Positions 13,681-27,949 are shown, numbered from the whole stretch's first letter. The stretch is 63,228 nt of DNA, filler included, from Choristocarpus tenellus KU-1152 (GCA_964200185.2; 10 parts of 10 records of this genome joined end to end with filler, not necessarily neighbours in it); one strand, 5' to 3'. The notes: a model not told the origin generated them from the letters alone. Numbers and translations: made by a program.

Positions 13681-16669
13681 TTTAAGAGGAACCTATTATG
13701 GAGGACCCCAAATGGTGAAGAGGTTAGAGTGGAGGGGTTGGAAAACTTGCGTTGACCACTTTCGACCCGTTGACCAATAGAACATTTGGAATTTAAGCAC
13801 GTATTGTTTGTCGTTTCATTCTATGGTTGAAACGATACGTTTATTACGAAAATTCCCCCAAATACTGTAACACATAATTAACCCTATATAATATGAGGAA
13901 GATTACCGATCAATTGAAGCTGGAACATGTGTAAATCAGATATACTCGACTGTAGTTATGGACGTGGCAAACCTATGTAATTCAAGACCCCAAACGCATT
14001 GCAGAAATGTCAGAGATGACCCCTACACAGTACAGGTAGAATGGCTAACGATGCAAATTGGCAACGGATTGAAATATAAGCCAAATGCGTCCTACTATGA
14101 AGTCATTATTGTATTAAAATACTCGAAGCACACATACACTGAGCATCTCCATACAATTTATTCCCTTCATATGTAGGGCTTCCAAGATGTATCTAATTCT
14201 TCAAGTATGTGTGGTTCAAGGACTGGTACCAGCATCAAAGCTAGTGCCCCACCTCTAAAGTTGTCTCAAAATACGTATGCGACCCTTAGATAAAGATGGA
14301 TGCCATGAAGAAATCGGTACTCTTTAGCGCATGGAAGATGTTCCACGAACGTAGGAAGATCCCAGCCACACACAAAATATCAGCCAAGCGCCGTACTAGC
14401 GACGACATTCGCAGTGGGCCTGCTCGGCGATTCCAGAGTCAAGCTCAGCAGACAAAATCAAGACTGGACACCTACCTGGAGAGGCAAATTCCATTTGGAT
14501 CGAGGTTCGTGGCGGTTGTGTTATAATCTGCTGTAAAGGTCTGGACTAGAATCGCAAATGCGAAGTGATTCGGAATAATTCTCAACTTCATTCTTTTTGG
14601 CCCATTTACTGCTGTTGGTGACGGATTCCAAAGTCTAAATGAAGACACGCATGCCCACTTTTGATGAATACGCTGTCCTGTGTTTTGGTGCAATTGCCAA
14701 TGTTCAGTGTTCATGTCCTTGCCCCTTTCTCCTAGGATTACTTTGCGGGTAAGATATTTCACGACACAAGACAATGTATACAGCAGGAATCTGAGATCTC
14801 TGTATTTTAAGGTTGGCCCTTTCGCTCCATGTACGTAGTATTGCCCTTTCTTGCATGAACCTTGTTGATCCAATTGTTTCGGAGACAGGTACATGAGGTC
14901 GCAAAGCAGTCCACCAGCAACAAATCTTGTCAAAAGGGTGGGGCAGGGACAAGGGGAAAGTAATATCGGTGATCTAGGAGTGAATCACAATACAGGACAG
15001 AAAACTGCCTATACCAATCAACAAAGAAATGAAAGGAGAAGGCGGAGGAAGAGAACGGAGTGTCATCTTCTCAGCCAACGGAGTGGAGAGTGCTCGACAA
15101 ACTCCAACCGAGGAGACAGACCGTGTGATTTATACATGATTGGAAATGAACTTGTGCCACTTCTCTGGGAGGAGATGGATGCCTGGGAGCAGAGGAGTAT
15201 TACCAACAAAAATATGGCTGGTACAATTCCATCATCCCAGCGTAGTAGTCCTGCCCCACACCCCCCAGAGGCAAGGACCTCGCCGCCTTTGAGCATAATA
15301 ATATCTTTGGGTTTCTTTTGTGTAGATATTTAATCATGGGATACATAGAGTAGGCTGTAGAGTTCTATATCGTGGATCCAAAGTGGGACAACATCGATCT
15401 TGAGTCCCTCAGTGGTCTCTTAAGGACTGAGGAATAATTTCTTATGTTCAGATCACTTGGCATCTAACTGAATTATTCTAGGGGGCTAACCAATTCTCCC
15501 CTCGATTGCTTGGGAATAATCTCACATGCTGGACAGACAAACTTCAAGTCCAGTGCTGCTTTCCCTCTGCAAATTGTGACCTACAGAATTCTAGCATTTC
15601 TGTAGTATTACTGTGTGAGCTCAAGAATATTGTACTAGTGATATATTTTCTTTCATGGCAAGAGCTAACTTGAGCTATTGAACATACCTCGTTAAATATA
15701 TGAAACAATACGACTTCGTGGTGATTTGCACTGTTTGTGTCTTCCTCCCACTCTACTCCCTGCCCTCGGAAATAGGTATTGCAAGAGATCCACAGGCGAC
15801 TCAACTACTACGATGAACTTTTTGACAGGTAACACAAGGCAATGATAGAATACAAGAGGGTAATGGCAAGGGCATCTTCTTTGAGTAAGTGAAACAATGA
15901 ACAGGAAATACGATTAGCTTCCCGAGTAGTGTGGAAGCCGACATAATTAGGTTTAGGATTATCAATATATAGCAACACCCATAACACTGATCCTGCCGCT
16001 CAAGTGCCGCGCAGGGACACATTTTTGCAGAGTCTGAGGCTGCTACAGGTTACAATACTGAATCGTGACATATTGTCGGATGAGGAGCCTGACTAGATAG
16101 ATAGGAGATGAGAATATACATGGACTATTGTATTTATGCTGTGGAAAAATACAGAAGAAAGTTATTTAACAAGCAATAGTTGACCTCATCTGGTCCTATG
16201 TGAGATCTTGATCAGCATGTCACACTGTTGTGATTGGACTATTTGTGACAAAAATATTTTCTTCTTCTTCTAACCATAACATTTGTTGCTTTTGTTGTTA
16301 TGACGATGATGGTGGTCCTCAACATGCCTACCACTAGTGACACGTTTAGAGCCTGGTCTATACGGACCTGCGGTCAGCAAGGTATCACACGAGGAGAGAG
16401 AGTAGGAAGAAAGCAAATCAGTAGCATCAAGAGAAAAAATAAATTGAAGGCAAAGATAGATAAGAGAAAGAAAAGAAAACAACAACGCAGCTTTAGGACG
16501 CATGTTTGTAACACATGAAGGAGAAAGGATTATACTGGAGACATAAAACAAAAGTCATCACCAATACTAGGTAAGTATTCCCCAGGTACAATGCTCACTG
16601 GGAGGGGGGCCACCCACAAATAAAGGAACCATAATTCGAAACAAATACATCCCATGCTTGAGCACTACA

Positions 16670-16790
16670 TCAAATTTCAAGGACACACAGGAGGAGAGAA
16701 ACAATTTCAATATGGCCCATATTAGCAAGAAGAGAAAAGTGCTTCAAAGTGAGCACTACTCCCATCATGGCCAATGGAGATATGTCCAGT
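16670..16790 (-). pseudogene. Degenerate ankyrin-repeat-like fragment
   Basis: ...DG.SA...(fs)..GHIEIVSLLL resembles the ankyrin consensus G.T.L..A...GH.EIV.LLL. Interrupted by a frameshift or stop. Confidence 0.35.
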
Positions 16791-18443
16791 GATTGTATTC
16801 CAGAAGCAGCATCATGGATCAGCACTTGGTAGTGAGGTTGTGTTGGCACCGACATTAATTCCAGCAGGGCTGGTTTTGACCTTGGCAATCTCTGTTTTGT
16901 GCCAGTTTTCCACTGCCGTGCGAAGAAAAAAATTCCAAATCACCATTTCAATGCGATCACATTTAGTCTGCATCAATACATCTCTTTATGGTTGGCTACC
17001 TCAAGAGTAAGACATTGGAGGGACAGGGAAAAAAATATTGCATTGACCTATTGCGTTTCCTCTGAGTAGCCCTGTCAGAGATACAATTAAAAAATATCAC
17101 ATTCGAATCAATATATCATTCACGAAATATTCACTTTGATGCACGGCAACATGAAACCCAATGAAATTGTAGGGGGAGATGACAAAGAATATTGCTAGTT
17201 CTGGGTGATGGTGAAAGAGAGAATTATCTTGAGAAACGGAGTGCTGCAAAATTACTTTTGCCAAAGAAAATTTGTTCCAAAGCTGCGACTTGTTGGGCGT
17301 GGTCCACGTTTTCAGTTTTTGCAGGAATGGATGGACTATCCAACGTGTATCCCCTGTATCATACTTCAATTTTTTAACCAACAGTTATTAGTAGTATCCA
17401 AGACATTCGATTTTTTCAAGTACTTGTAGAAACATTTGCTGTAATATACATGCCCTCCCCTCCTACCCTGCATCTATCTGAGCCTCATGCACTGCACTCT
17501 GTGCTCAAGGGCTGAAGTGTACTCTTTCACTTTCAGTTGTTCAACTTTTCCTTTGTTGGCAATAACTTTGGAAGAAAATAGTATCCTGCTCATAATTTAT
17601 GGAAGATATAGCATTAATGCCATGGACGGCGATCTGGGAATGGGTGACCTCTGTCTAGTAAATGGACAAGGCGATTGCATAAGAAATGTTCTCTCTGTGT
17701 TTCTGTTGAAAGATCATATTTGTTGCGGCTAATGGGATAATATTAGTTAAGATGGTCCATAGGTAGGTAAGTCCTCGTGTCAGGAGAGAAACTAAAGTTA
17801 GAGTATGCGTGACCCACAAGCCAATAAGAAGCCCTGGCAAAGAGGCCCTTTGACAACATCCGCAGCTCTCTTTCTTTCCACTTGGAAGGAGAAAGTGATT
17901 ATTTGGATCGCCTCAAATCTTGTCCTCTACCCCAGTGGAGGCAATCATGCGAACTACTGTTTTCCGTTGTTTCAGAATTCTGTTTCCTCGGGAACGGCAA
18001 GATAACATGCCACTAGATCATGTAGCCCACCCACATTGACCTACTTTGTATCCACCATATCCTTCCTTCTAACAGCATCAGTGAAAGGCATGTTTGAATG
18101 GCTTTAGTAAGTGGTGTATCTAGCCAAATGCCAATTACATACTGGCAGTACACTGGTGCTCTGTGATCGGTGGCAGGAAGGTAGTTGGCTCAAAGTACCT
18201 GGGAGGGGGTGGCGGCTGTCCATTTAGGGTCAATTTTTGTATGTCGCGATTTTTGAGTTATTTGGTTGCATACGTCGGATAGATACTGTAAATNNNNNNN
18301 NNNNNNNNNNNNNNNNNNNNNNNNNNNNNNNNNNNNNTTAATTAATTAANNNNNNNNNNNNNNNNNNNNNNNNNNNNNNNNNNNNNNNNNNNNATTTTAT
18401 CGTAACTGTCCGATAGAGTTGGAAGAGTCTAATCGAACAACCA

Positions 18444-21400
18444 GGTGCAACCAATATTGTCTGGGAGACAGACTTCCGGAGTGCCGACGCTGCGTTACAG
18501 ACGGCTATTAAGAGGAGGGTAGCTGCCAAGATAAAGGCATTCCTCAAAGAAGCTTGGGAGGACATTCACATGGAAGCCAGGGTGAGTAGACCTACTGACC
18601 AGACCTCCGTCCAGTTCTTCAACCCCATCGCCACCCTTGTCTACATATGCGCGGGAGAAGGTGAGATTCTCACGGATCCTTCCACAGGAAACGATTCGCG
18701 AAAAGATTGTGAAGCATCTCCTACGTTTCGTCGCCCATATCCATATTAATTCCCCGTCAGTGATCCAACAAACAAGATCCCTTTCTTCCCCTCACTATGT
18801 TTCACCAGAGACAAAAGAACTGAAGGAGTCCTTCTCGCTGTGTGGAGAGAGAGCACAAGAATCCCGATGGGTCAAGTGTAAGCATGGTGCAGCCATCCCT
18901 ACATTTGCACGTCCAATACCCCATCACTAACGGTCCAACAACACCGTAGTAAACCCTCCCTTCGCATACTGAGCTTGATTTGACGTTTTATACATGTGTA
19001 TCCCTATTGACCTTATCACATATGCAATTAACCAACAAACGCACTCTCACTCCCACGTTCTTCTGTCCTGACCATGTTCACCTTTTCTTCCACACACCCA
19101 ACACGCACCCAACCAGGAAAAATTCGACTTCAGAGCGGTCCACATGTTCACTGTGCTGTGGTACGCTAACCCGGATGCCGCCATCGAATCCCTCAAGAAC
19201 AGTGGGGGGTTCACATACTCCTACAGGTTGAAGGTGGGTTAAACATTCCCAAGTATGTTGTCCCCACACGACGCCACCTACATAGGCAGACAGTGTGTGA
19301 AAGTATCTTAGAGGGTACGAGTTTTTCCCTGTTTGTCCGTTAGGGGTTTGGCTTCTCATGGATGTTTTTGGGGCATTTTCCTACTCCAAATGTTTGTGCA
19401 GTAGGTAAAATGTGTACGTCGTGAAAGAGCGTGTCCAGAACAAGGATATTGATACTTCCCAAGAAACAAGATATTCAAAATTAAATCGAAATCGCAACTT
19501 TGGAACTTGGCCCCCAATTGGACATGGCTGTACCCTCTAAGATACTTTGGCTCAGTAATGAAGAAATTTGATGTGTTCTGTCGATCGGTAAAGGCCATCA
19601 GTTTTCAAAGAAACCCAAGTCCATAGGGTTCTGCTGCACTATACGCATCCCCTGGTAATCCTTCCCTGATGGATTCACTGTTAACCCTAAATCCTCCACA
19701 TCCTCAAAGCTTGTTCTTTATCAGTCTCCTAACGACACACCATCGCACATTTGATGTACATGTAGCTCACAGATGAGGTCAAGGAGCAGTATTTCGCAAG
19801 AATATGCACTGACGTCCTCGCTGGAGTCGGCTTTGCCATCCTTAGAGGGGAGACCCCCCATGGCCATCGCTGGCACGACATTGTCGAGGTGGCTGCCCAC
19901 GTCTTCTCAGAACAGGCAGCCAAAAAATTGTCTACTGACACGCTCTCATTGACGTACGTTGTCGGGACGGAGACATTTCCAGAGGAATGGGTAAGTCGAT
20001 CTTTGACCGTGACGATTCAAGTAACGTATGGATGTATATGCATATACCCCCCTGCTGACCCTGCAGCAGTCGCAATGTTTACCGTCTAGTTCGTGCCTCG
20101 CGAGGCAGAGACACCCATGTCATCCATGTCACTTGCCGTTCCACTACCCATGTGCTTCTCCATGACAGTTCTCCCACACTCTAAGGGGCGTCCGGAACGA
20201 ACATAATCTGGCCGACCAGGACAAAGGCAAGAAGAAGACAAGAGGAATGGGGAAGAAAAACAGACCAGGGGTGGGCGATCCAGACCCTGCGTCCGCCGCC
20301 CAGGTTGAGGAGGAGTAGGCATTCCAACCCTGGAAAGTCCAATTGGCATAGATAAGACGTATGCACACGAAGAATATCCTCATCAAGAGGGTTGACCTGG
20401 AGGTCGCCATACAAGTTATGAACGACCTCAAAAGGAAAGACAAGCTTGGGATAGACCCCTATGCCGACCGATGACTCCTCAGCACGGTCTTCAAAAGAGG
20501 GTCCTCCAACGAAAAAATACATCCTCAGTGACAAGATACTCAACGGAGTGTGAGATTCATCATCTCATCTCTCCACCGCATTTGAGTTCGTATCAAGTCA
20601 CCTCACAATAAACGCCCTGATCGCGCACGTTAATGTAACCCCATAAATTCCACAGATTAAAGGGACCTCGTGTTGAGGGAGGATGTGGACGTGGGTACAA
20701 AATACCTGGACATCGTCAAATACTCTGAGGGCGTTACCCCGAAAACCAGTGACGAACACACAGGCAAGCAATTACACCATTGTACAACATCACCATACGT
20801 TAACATGGTTCCCTACACCAACACACAACCTAGACCCTCACAGAACTTACCGACGTTTGACAGTTTCACAACGAACACCGTCGCAGGGTTCTCCGGTTTT
20901 ATATGTTGCGAAGTTGCTCATCAAACGGATTGATTCATACTTTCATTGTATTGTACCGATCGACCAAACCCGCAAAAAGAAGGGAAATTATGTCGAGGTT
21001 ACATGCTAGTCCTATACGCATCCTCTTCAACCTATGTTACCAGCCTTACTTGTCTTCCTGATTTATGGGCTCGAATAATCCGACCAAGTTTAACGAGCCG
21101 CAAGTACTCTAATCCATCAATTCTTTGCTCAGCCCCTGCCCCCTCCTCTGTATCCTGCCTCGCTTACTCCTTCTCACCAACCTCTACCTCATCCCTTGCC
21201 TCCTAACGCTAACACCTCCTCCCGTTGTTTTGCCTCCAACTTCACCATGTGCGTCCTTTACCTACTCCTCCACCACCACAGAGATAACACGAGTCACAAA
21301 CATTGTGATCACACCAGACAAAAACGCCACGTCCGAGCACGACCTTGACAAGTTCAAGTCCGAAACGAGCGCCACCCACGAGAGAGAAGTCGTCCTTCTC

Positions 21401-22700
21401 CAGACCCAACTAGGAGGTATCGTAATCACATGCACCGCCCTAGGGGACAACCTCAATCCGGATTGTATCCAACTCCTCATGGACGAGCTATCCACCTTCC
21501 TTCTGCAATTTTGCACTGGTGAAGACACCGGTAGCTGGTGGGGTATCCACGCCTATACCTTGTGGAAGACCCAACCCACCAGATGATGAAGAGGAACAAG
21601 ATAACCCATCGCCTAGCCCTGCAGTAGGTACAGGAAGCAGGACTCTACGAGGGGGGAGGCATACAATCACACCCCCAGAACACGACTCTGAAGGTGATGG
21701 GGATCGACCCGTTTGTAACGCTTTGTCAGGTACAGAGGAACTTGCACAGGAGGATGTGAGGGGGCGGCTAGGCAGGGACTCAGATTCCACACCTGTCAGG
21801 AGTGACCCATGTATGTCCCCAAACGCCCATTCAGTGGGCATCGGCGGCGACAAGTCACAAGTGCCAGGGAACACCTACGACCATACTCTGAGGCGAAGTG
21901 AGGACCGCGTCCATGCCGATCCCACCCTAACCCCGAGGGACAAGCCTTCCGAGAAGGGCAAAGGAAAGGGGAAAAGGACGCTGATTAGGAAGAAGAGGGT
22001 GAGAGAAGGTGCTGGACGGATGAGACTCTTCAAACAGCCTCATGGTCCTGATGGCAGCGCTTTAGAACATGACTTCTTTGCAGGCGTCTTCACTTCTGCC
22101 AAAATGGGAAGATACACGGTAAATCCGTGTCCATCTACCTCGAGGTATGACAATAATGACGAAAGGACATCTCATGGTGATGAGGATTGCGTCGCACAGG
22201 ACGCAGCCAACTCCGGCGATGCATCCAATGTGGGGATCACCGAAGCCTTCATGGAGGCATGCGTTACCGAGCTCCTACGATCGGCAATGAAACCTGCTTC
22301 TTCACAATATCGAGTGCAGACTCAAATCCTCACCCAAGTCATATATGACCATGGACTCAAGATCATCAAGGCCGGTGAAGGGGTCGTTTCTCTTGTTTTG
22401 GGGGATGAATGCTACGTCCACGAGCCCACAGAGGTCAAACTCGGCTTTCGTGGAGGGAAGCTGGGCAACACGTTGCGTCTCAAGCATGTGGAAGCACTCC
22501 AGGTGAGGAAGGCTATCTTCTTGAGCCTCATGAAGCCCGAACCTTGGAACGCCAGGTACTCCACCCGCCTAAATCTATGGCACCTTCTTGTCGAGGCATA
22601 CCCTAAGCTCACAGAGTGGTGGGAGAAGGGTAACGAATGCAATTTCGAGTCCGACCAACCTATTGAAATAGGGCTTCAGTCGTTTCAATTTTTTGTTTAA
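18444..22700 (+). pseudogene. Multi-exon orphan gene of unknown function, apparently decaying (stops and a frameshift)
   Basis: AG/GT-bounded coding-like blocks: ~18444-18581 (ATNIVWETDFRS...EAR), ~19116-19232 (EKFDFRAVHMF...), ~19765-19990 (LTDEVKEQYF...PEEW), ~20185-20550 (with TAG stops), ~20656-20763, ~20887-20997, and ~21282-22700 (frameshift near 21520 into the 393-aa ORF). No family recognised. Confidence 0.55.
19295..19553. mobile_element. MITE family A copy
   Basis: Full-length homology and TIRs. Confidence 0.88.
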
Positions 22701-24507
22701 GTACGGATAGAGTTACAGGTACACTGGTTTATGCATCATTGTACCTTGCCTTGGTGTCCGACTACCATGTTCATGCACTTTCCTTTCGATGAGTTACGCA
22801 TTTAGACAGTGGTATCGGATACATTGCTACCAGTCAGAGTCGTCAGTGTATCATATATCATGCTCACGTTGAGGAGTAGACCTGTGTTATTATTACTTCA
22901 AAAAGAACATGACTGCTATAAGGTTTAGACAACTAATATATAATACATCAATTAAACAACTCTTCTCCATCTTCTCAGCTAACCTTTCCAAACAATTCGA
23001 CAGGGCCTGCGATGGATACCCTGTCCTTCTCAAAGCCGCTACTTATTCCTTGAACACTGTAACGCATCTACCCCCTTCTTCTCAAAAATCTATACACCAT
23101 ATCATGCTTTGTTTGTCCAAGTGTCGACAAACTAGAATCGATCTCGTCCTCCTTCGGATCTTGGAGGACCATATATCGAAGTTCATGCACGATGCTCCTA
23201 AGCATAGCACCAACCCAGGACCTCTGGAAGTGTACCTTGAAATACTTTCAGAGAAACGTACGACAATAGACCTTGGCCAATAACCATTTGTATACACCTC
23301 CAGATTCCGTCCACATATATCATGAGAGATGTAATACAGGAACCCGACAACAAAACCTGACCCTTTTCCCTTCCTTCATACCAACAACTTCAACCCTAAC
23401 ACCCTCAGCGACAACCACGCCTGTTTACATACTACATCCTAAACAAGCACACAAATAAACGAAATATTACATATATAACTGTACATGATATATGTTTTGG
23501 TTCCTCGTCCACACACCGGGAGAGCAGACCCTAACTGACAGTCCTCTTTGTGTACATACCAGACACGACTCATGCAAGCAAATAAACGAAAAAACCAACC
23601 TCGCAACAGCCCATAATCTTTTTTTCAAGTCCTCGTGCTAACAGTGGGAAAACACACCCTAACCGACAGCCCTCTTTATGTGCTAACCAAATCCCACACA
23701 TGCAACCAAACAAGCCAATAACCAGCCCTGGAACAACCTAACCCGTATCTCTCATTCTTCATCCTAAATATACGACCAACATACATAAACCAATTATCCA
23801 GTTTGAACAGACTCGAAATCCGACTCATGCAAGGCTCAAAGTATCTGGGAGGGGGTGGCGGCTGTCCATTTGGAGTCAATTTTTTCATATCACGNNNNNN
23901 NNNNNNNNNNNNNNNNNNNNNNNNNNNNNNNNNNNNNNTTAATTAATTAANNNNNNNNNNNNNNNNNNNNNNNNNNNNNNNNNNNNNNNNNNNNCACCTC
24001 GAGTTTGTACCTGATGATCCTCGACCCCCACCTTTTCTGAAAGCTGATATTGCCAACCCGATTTCATTCAGTGAGGGTATTGTCTGATTTAGCGCCGTTC
24101 TCAATCAGCGAGCCGTGATGCTTCACGGCACAAACTTATCGCACAGAGGTAGTACTAAGATTTTTTGGATTTTTGAAATGGGTAGTTCCCATTTGGTGAT
24201 AACCCTTCTTCATAGAAGAACAAAACTAGAAATGATAAGTCTATCAAATATGTACAACCACTACTAATACTGCAAATTCTATGGTGGTACCAGTAGCTTC
24301 TCCCTCTGGGGTTGTCCTATCATAACTTGTGTAGACATCGAATTAATAAAAACAAAAGCATATTTGTGATGCCTGTCACAAGACCCTCCAGAGAATGGAC
24401 TTAGTTTCTTTTTTTTCTTGCCAATTTTTCTTTTTTGAAGAAAGAGCGCTCATATTGGGGTTCGAACTCTGGATTGTAGGTCACCAAGAGTGGCAACAGA
24501 TGCACTA

Positions 24508-26013
24508 TTACTTGACTAAAGTATAAGGTTTAGACGGGGAAAAAGCCTCCCCACCCTTTCTTCCTGTGTGTTCGAGCACCCACTCTTTGACCTCGACAAG
24601 GATGTCCTCGTCGAGGCCCAGGATGAAACGCCTCTCGTAGCGCCTTTGCTCCGACACCTTGGTGTGGTCCTTAGTTAGGAAGGATCTCTCCCATTTACTC
24701 ACAATTTCTGATCTGACCATCGCATATCCTGCTGCCATCTCGAGCGTTGTTTGACGGTCATTCCTGTTGTTCATATACACGTACGGGATTCGCAATGTTA
24801 GACCTTTTACTATCACAGTTCCTTGTTGAACGCTGGAAATGGGCGTTGTCCGTGTTTCCTGGGCGGGTGATACTTTATCAAGGCGCAAGGCCGAGGGAGT
24901 ACAGGATTGAGTTTTTTCGAAATTGTGTTGATTTCTCAAATGAATGCAGGCTGGGAGAAAGCCTTAATCAACATTATACATCCAACCCCAAGTCCAGGAA
25001 CAAAGGTGAATGTACAGCATCTTGCAAGAAGTGGGAGACACCAAACCATTGGTGTGCAAGCAGTCTCAATCTCACCTCCTCTTCTTCCCTGGCGCCCTTG
25101 CCGATGGCTACCTCCACCTGCTTCATGACTTCTTCTAAGTAACGGATTTGGTGATATCGAAAAGTCTACACAGCTGTCTTTGTTACAATCGCTTTCTCCT
25201 CCGCCTTGTGAGCCCTTTCGACCTTCTTTCGGTCTTCAGGGCCCTTGTAGTCCAACCCTAACACCTTCTTTCTCGTTTCCTTAAGTGACTCTGACTCGCA
25301 CAGTTTCCAAACAACCAGGGCCTGCTGTAACTGTTGACTACTGAGATATTCTACACCGGAGTTTTCACTTAGTCATTTCCTGAGCGCAATGCAGTCGCAT
25401 TGTCCTCTTCCCCAACCTTCCCTTCGGCCGGCTGCTCTGTTTCCTTTGCCCACCATGACCAGGCTTCCCCACTGACTTTGTTGCTGTACCACCTGGTCAT
25501 GGACTCGCCGCTCTCTTCCTGCTTTCTCGAGGTGGCGGAGACTGCAGAGCAGTTCTCTCACGTGGTTGAAGACCCAACCATGTTTGTGTGGTAATGCTTT
25601 CAATTCATCTTCTCTCAGCGTCAGTGTCGCGACCGTGTGATCCATTTCGCGATTTGATCATGCTGCTGCACCACACTACTCGCACTTTCTTGTCACCTAA
25701 CATCGCAGTGAGTGTCACACAGTACTCGCTTTTCCGTCGCCTTTCAACAGAGAAGGTGCCGAGGGTAGATCCTGGGGGCAGAGTGGCCTCGTCGGCCCTC
25801 TTTGTCTCACCATCGCGGTTCATGTTGCTGTGCAAGTCACAAGTGTGTGTGCTCACAGAAAGTCTGCAAAAGGCGTTAAAAATATGTCCGGAAATCTTGA
25901 TTTTTTTTTTTCGGTGCACACATACCAGCCAAACTTTGGCGGCAACCTACCATGGACCAGATTTCTGCAAGGAGTTCAGCTAATCACTTTATTTTTGTCC
26001 GTTTTGAAGTCCT
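24508..26013 (-). mobile_element. Decayed DNA transposon: 5' end and N-terminal transposase-like coding relic
   Basis: Frameshifted coding stretch ending ...SKWERSFL..KVSEQRRYERRFILGLDEDILVEVKEWV. This resembles the W...F...S.xG(K/R)H...LLDDED.....W segment ahead of the DDE domain in large fungal/stramenopile IS630-Tc1-like transposases. No catalytic domain seen. Confidence 0.45.
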
Positions 26014-26146
26014 GACCCTCAAAATTGCCCCGCTCAGAACATATTTGTATGTAAATGAACACAGTCCAAGTATTATGCACCAATGTTTTTTTGTATTATA
26101 TATTAAAAAACACATGTCGTCAATACACTAACCGCGTAATTTTGTA

Positions 26147-26492
26147 CTCCCTCTGTCCCATGAGTCTGTTGCTTTATGCATGTAACTCTTTGGGATGACC
26201 TCCGACTTCAAAACGGATTTTGCGTTGGATTCCTTGGAACGTTTTACCTAAGATGATGTATATTTGAAAAAACATATCCCGACATTGTTCTGAAAATATG
26301 AAACAGAGGTTAGGCGGGCATAAGCACACAAGAATGCACTGAATTGGTGGATTGACGGTGTTGAATGAAAACGAGGGACATTATTCTATTGCAAACAACG
26401 TTAAGGGATTCAATGCAAAATTCCGTTTTGAAATTGGAAATCATCCCGAAGAGTTACATGCATAAAGTAACGGACATATGGGACAGAGGGAG
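26147..26492. mobile_element. Stowaway-like (Tc1/mariner) MITE, TIR CTCCCTCTGTCCCAT, TA TSD; extra right arm at ~26510-26681
   Basis: ta|CTCCCTCTGTCCCA ... TGGGACAGAGGGAG|ta with long imperfect inverted arms. A second GACAGAGGGAG|ta end occurs at 26681. Confidence 0.88.
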
Positions 26493-27301
26493 TACTACGT
26501 TCCAAAACACAAAAGATGAGTAGCCTATGTTTCAACACGGTCCATATCTTCTTATAATCTTCAAATATAACTCATCTTATGTAAACGTTTCCGAGGAATC
26601 CAACCCCAAAATCCGTTTGAAATCAGAGGTCATCCCGAAGAGGTACATGTATAAAGGAACAGACATATGAGACAGAGGGAGTATTACCAAATCATAAGGA
26701 GAGTACCAAGGACTACAAGTGTCCGTGTGTGAAGGATAAACAAAAGAACAATCCATATATTGTCTAAACTCTGAGCCAAGAAGCTGTGTACCAGTGCACT
26801 AGAACATGAATGCTGAGTTGGTATCTTTTCCTAGAACAATCAACAACGTGGATATTGTAATGGGAGCTTGGCGGGATAAGTAATAGGAGAGAGAAAGGGT
26901 GGGGACTGCATCTTGTATTGTGACTGTTGCAACCTTCACACCCACTGAAGAGTGGCTGTGTCTTCCGTGAAAGCTGCTATTTCCTGCATTCGACTACTCT
27001 CACAGCTACTTATGTTACTGGCGAATAGCACAAGTATTTCTTATCACGCTCTAGCCAGTGCAAGCAGTGAATGCATGCGTGGAAACCCAAAATTTGGAAG
27101 TCCGATTTGGTAAAGTTATAGAGTAAGATCTGTAACTCAGAATGAAGCAATGGTTTTCAGATGTATGACGGCATCTGAAATTCGAAATAGAATAATGGAT
27201 GGCAAGTATCCATGTTTACACTCTTTTTGTAAATTACTATTGACTAAGAGTATACCTTCATCTGCTGACCTGATATTCACCATCCTCGCTGGGCATTTGA
27301 C

Positions 27302-27564
27302 GAGTGAAGTATCTTAGAGGGTACCAGTTTTTCTCTGTTTGTCCGTTTGGGGCTTGGATTCCCATGGGGGTTTTTATGACATTTTCCTACTCCGAAATGG
27401 TTCAGAGGAAGTGAAATGTATACGTTATGATGAAAATGTGTGTCTTGAACAAAGATATTGACATTTCCCAACAAACACCATAATAGCCGAAATTACATCA
27501 AAATCGCAACATTGGATTTTGGGCACCAAATAGACGCGGCTCTATCCTCTAAGATCTTTGACTC
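27302..27564. mobile_element. MITE family A copy, TSD TGAC
   Basis: TIRs plus identical 4-bp flanks. Confidence 0.9.
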
Positions 27565-27949
27565 TGACTGTTGTCGTACCTCAAGAGTCCTGTACAGGCA
27601 TGAGCGTCATCTATAGACTTGTGGACTGGAGCTGTACATCTCGTGGAGGGAAGCTTTGGAGCGTGCTGTAACACCTACTCCCTCCTGAGTCAAGTTATCC
27701 TACACGGCGGAACAAGAGTGTTGTCACTACTCCTGCAATGGTGGTCGAGGATAAAGATACCCAAGGGTGAAGGCGTACTGTCACTGATGATCTCTGATTT
27801 GGAGGCATTGGGGCCCTGGACAACCACCTCTTCTTCTGCTGGTTTTGGTAACCTCACTCTTATGGTCGGTATTGGATGATCTGTTTCTTAGTTTCAAATT
27901 AAAATAAAGATATGCTAAATTGATTGCAACTGTTCAAAGGTCAGAACAG

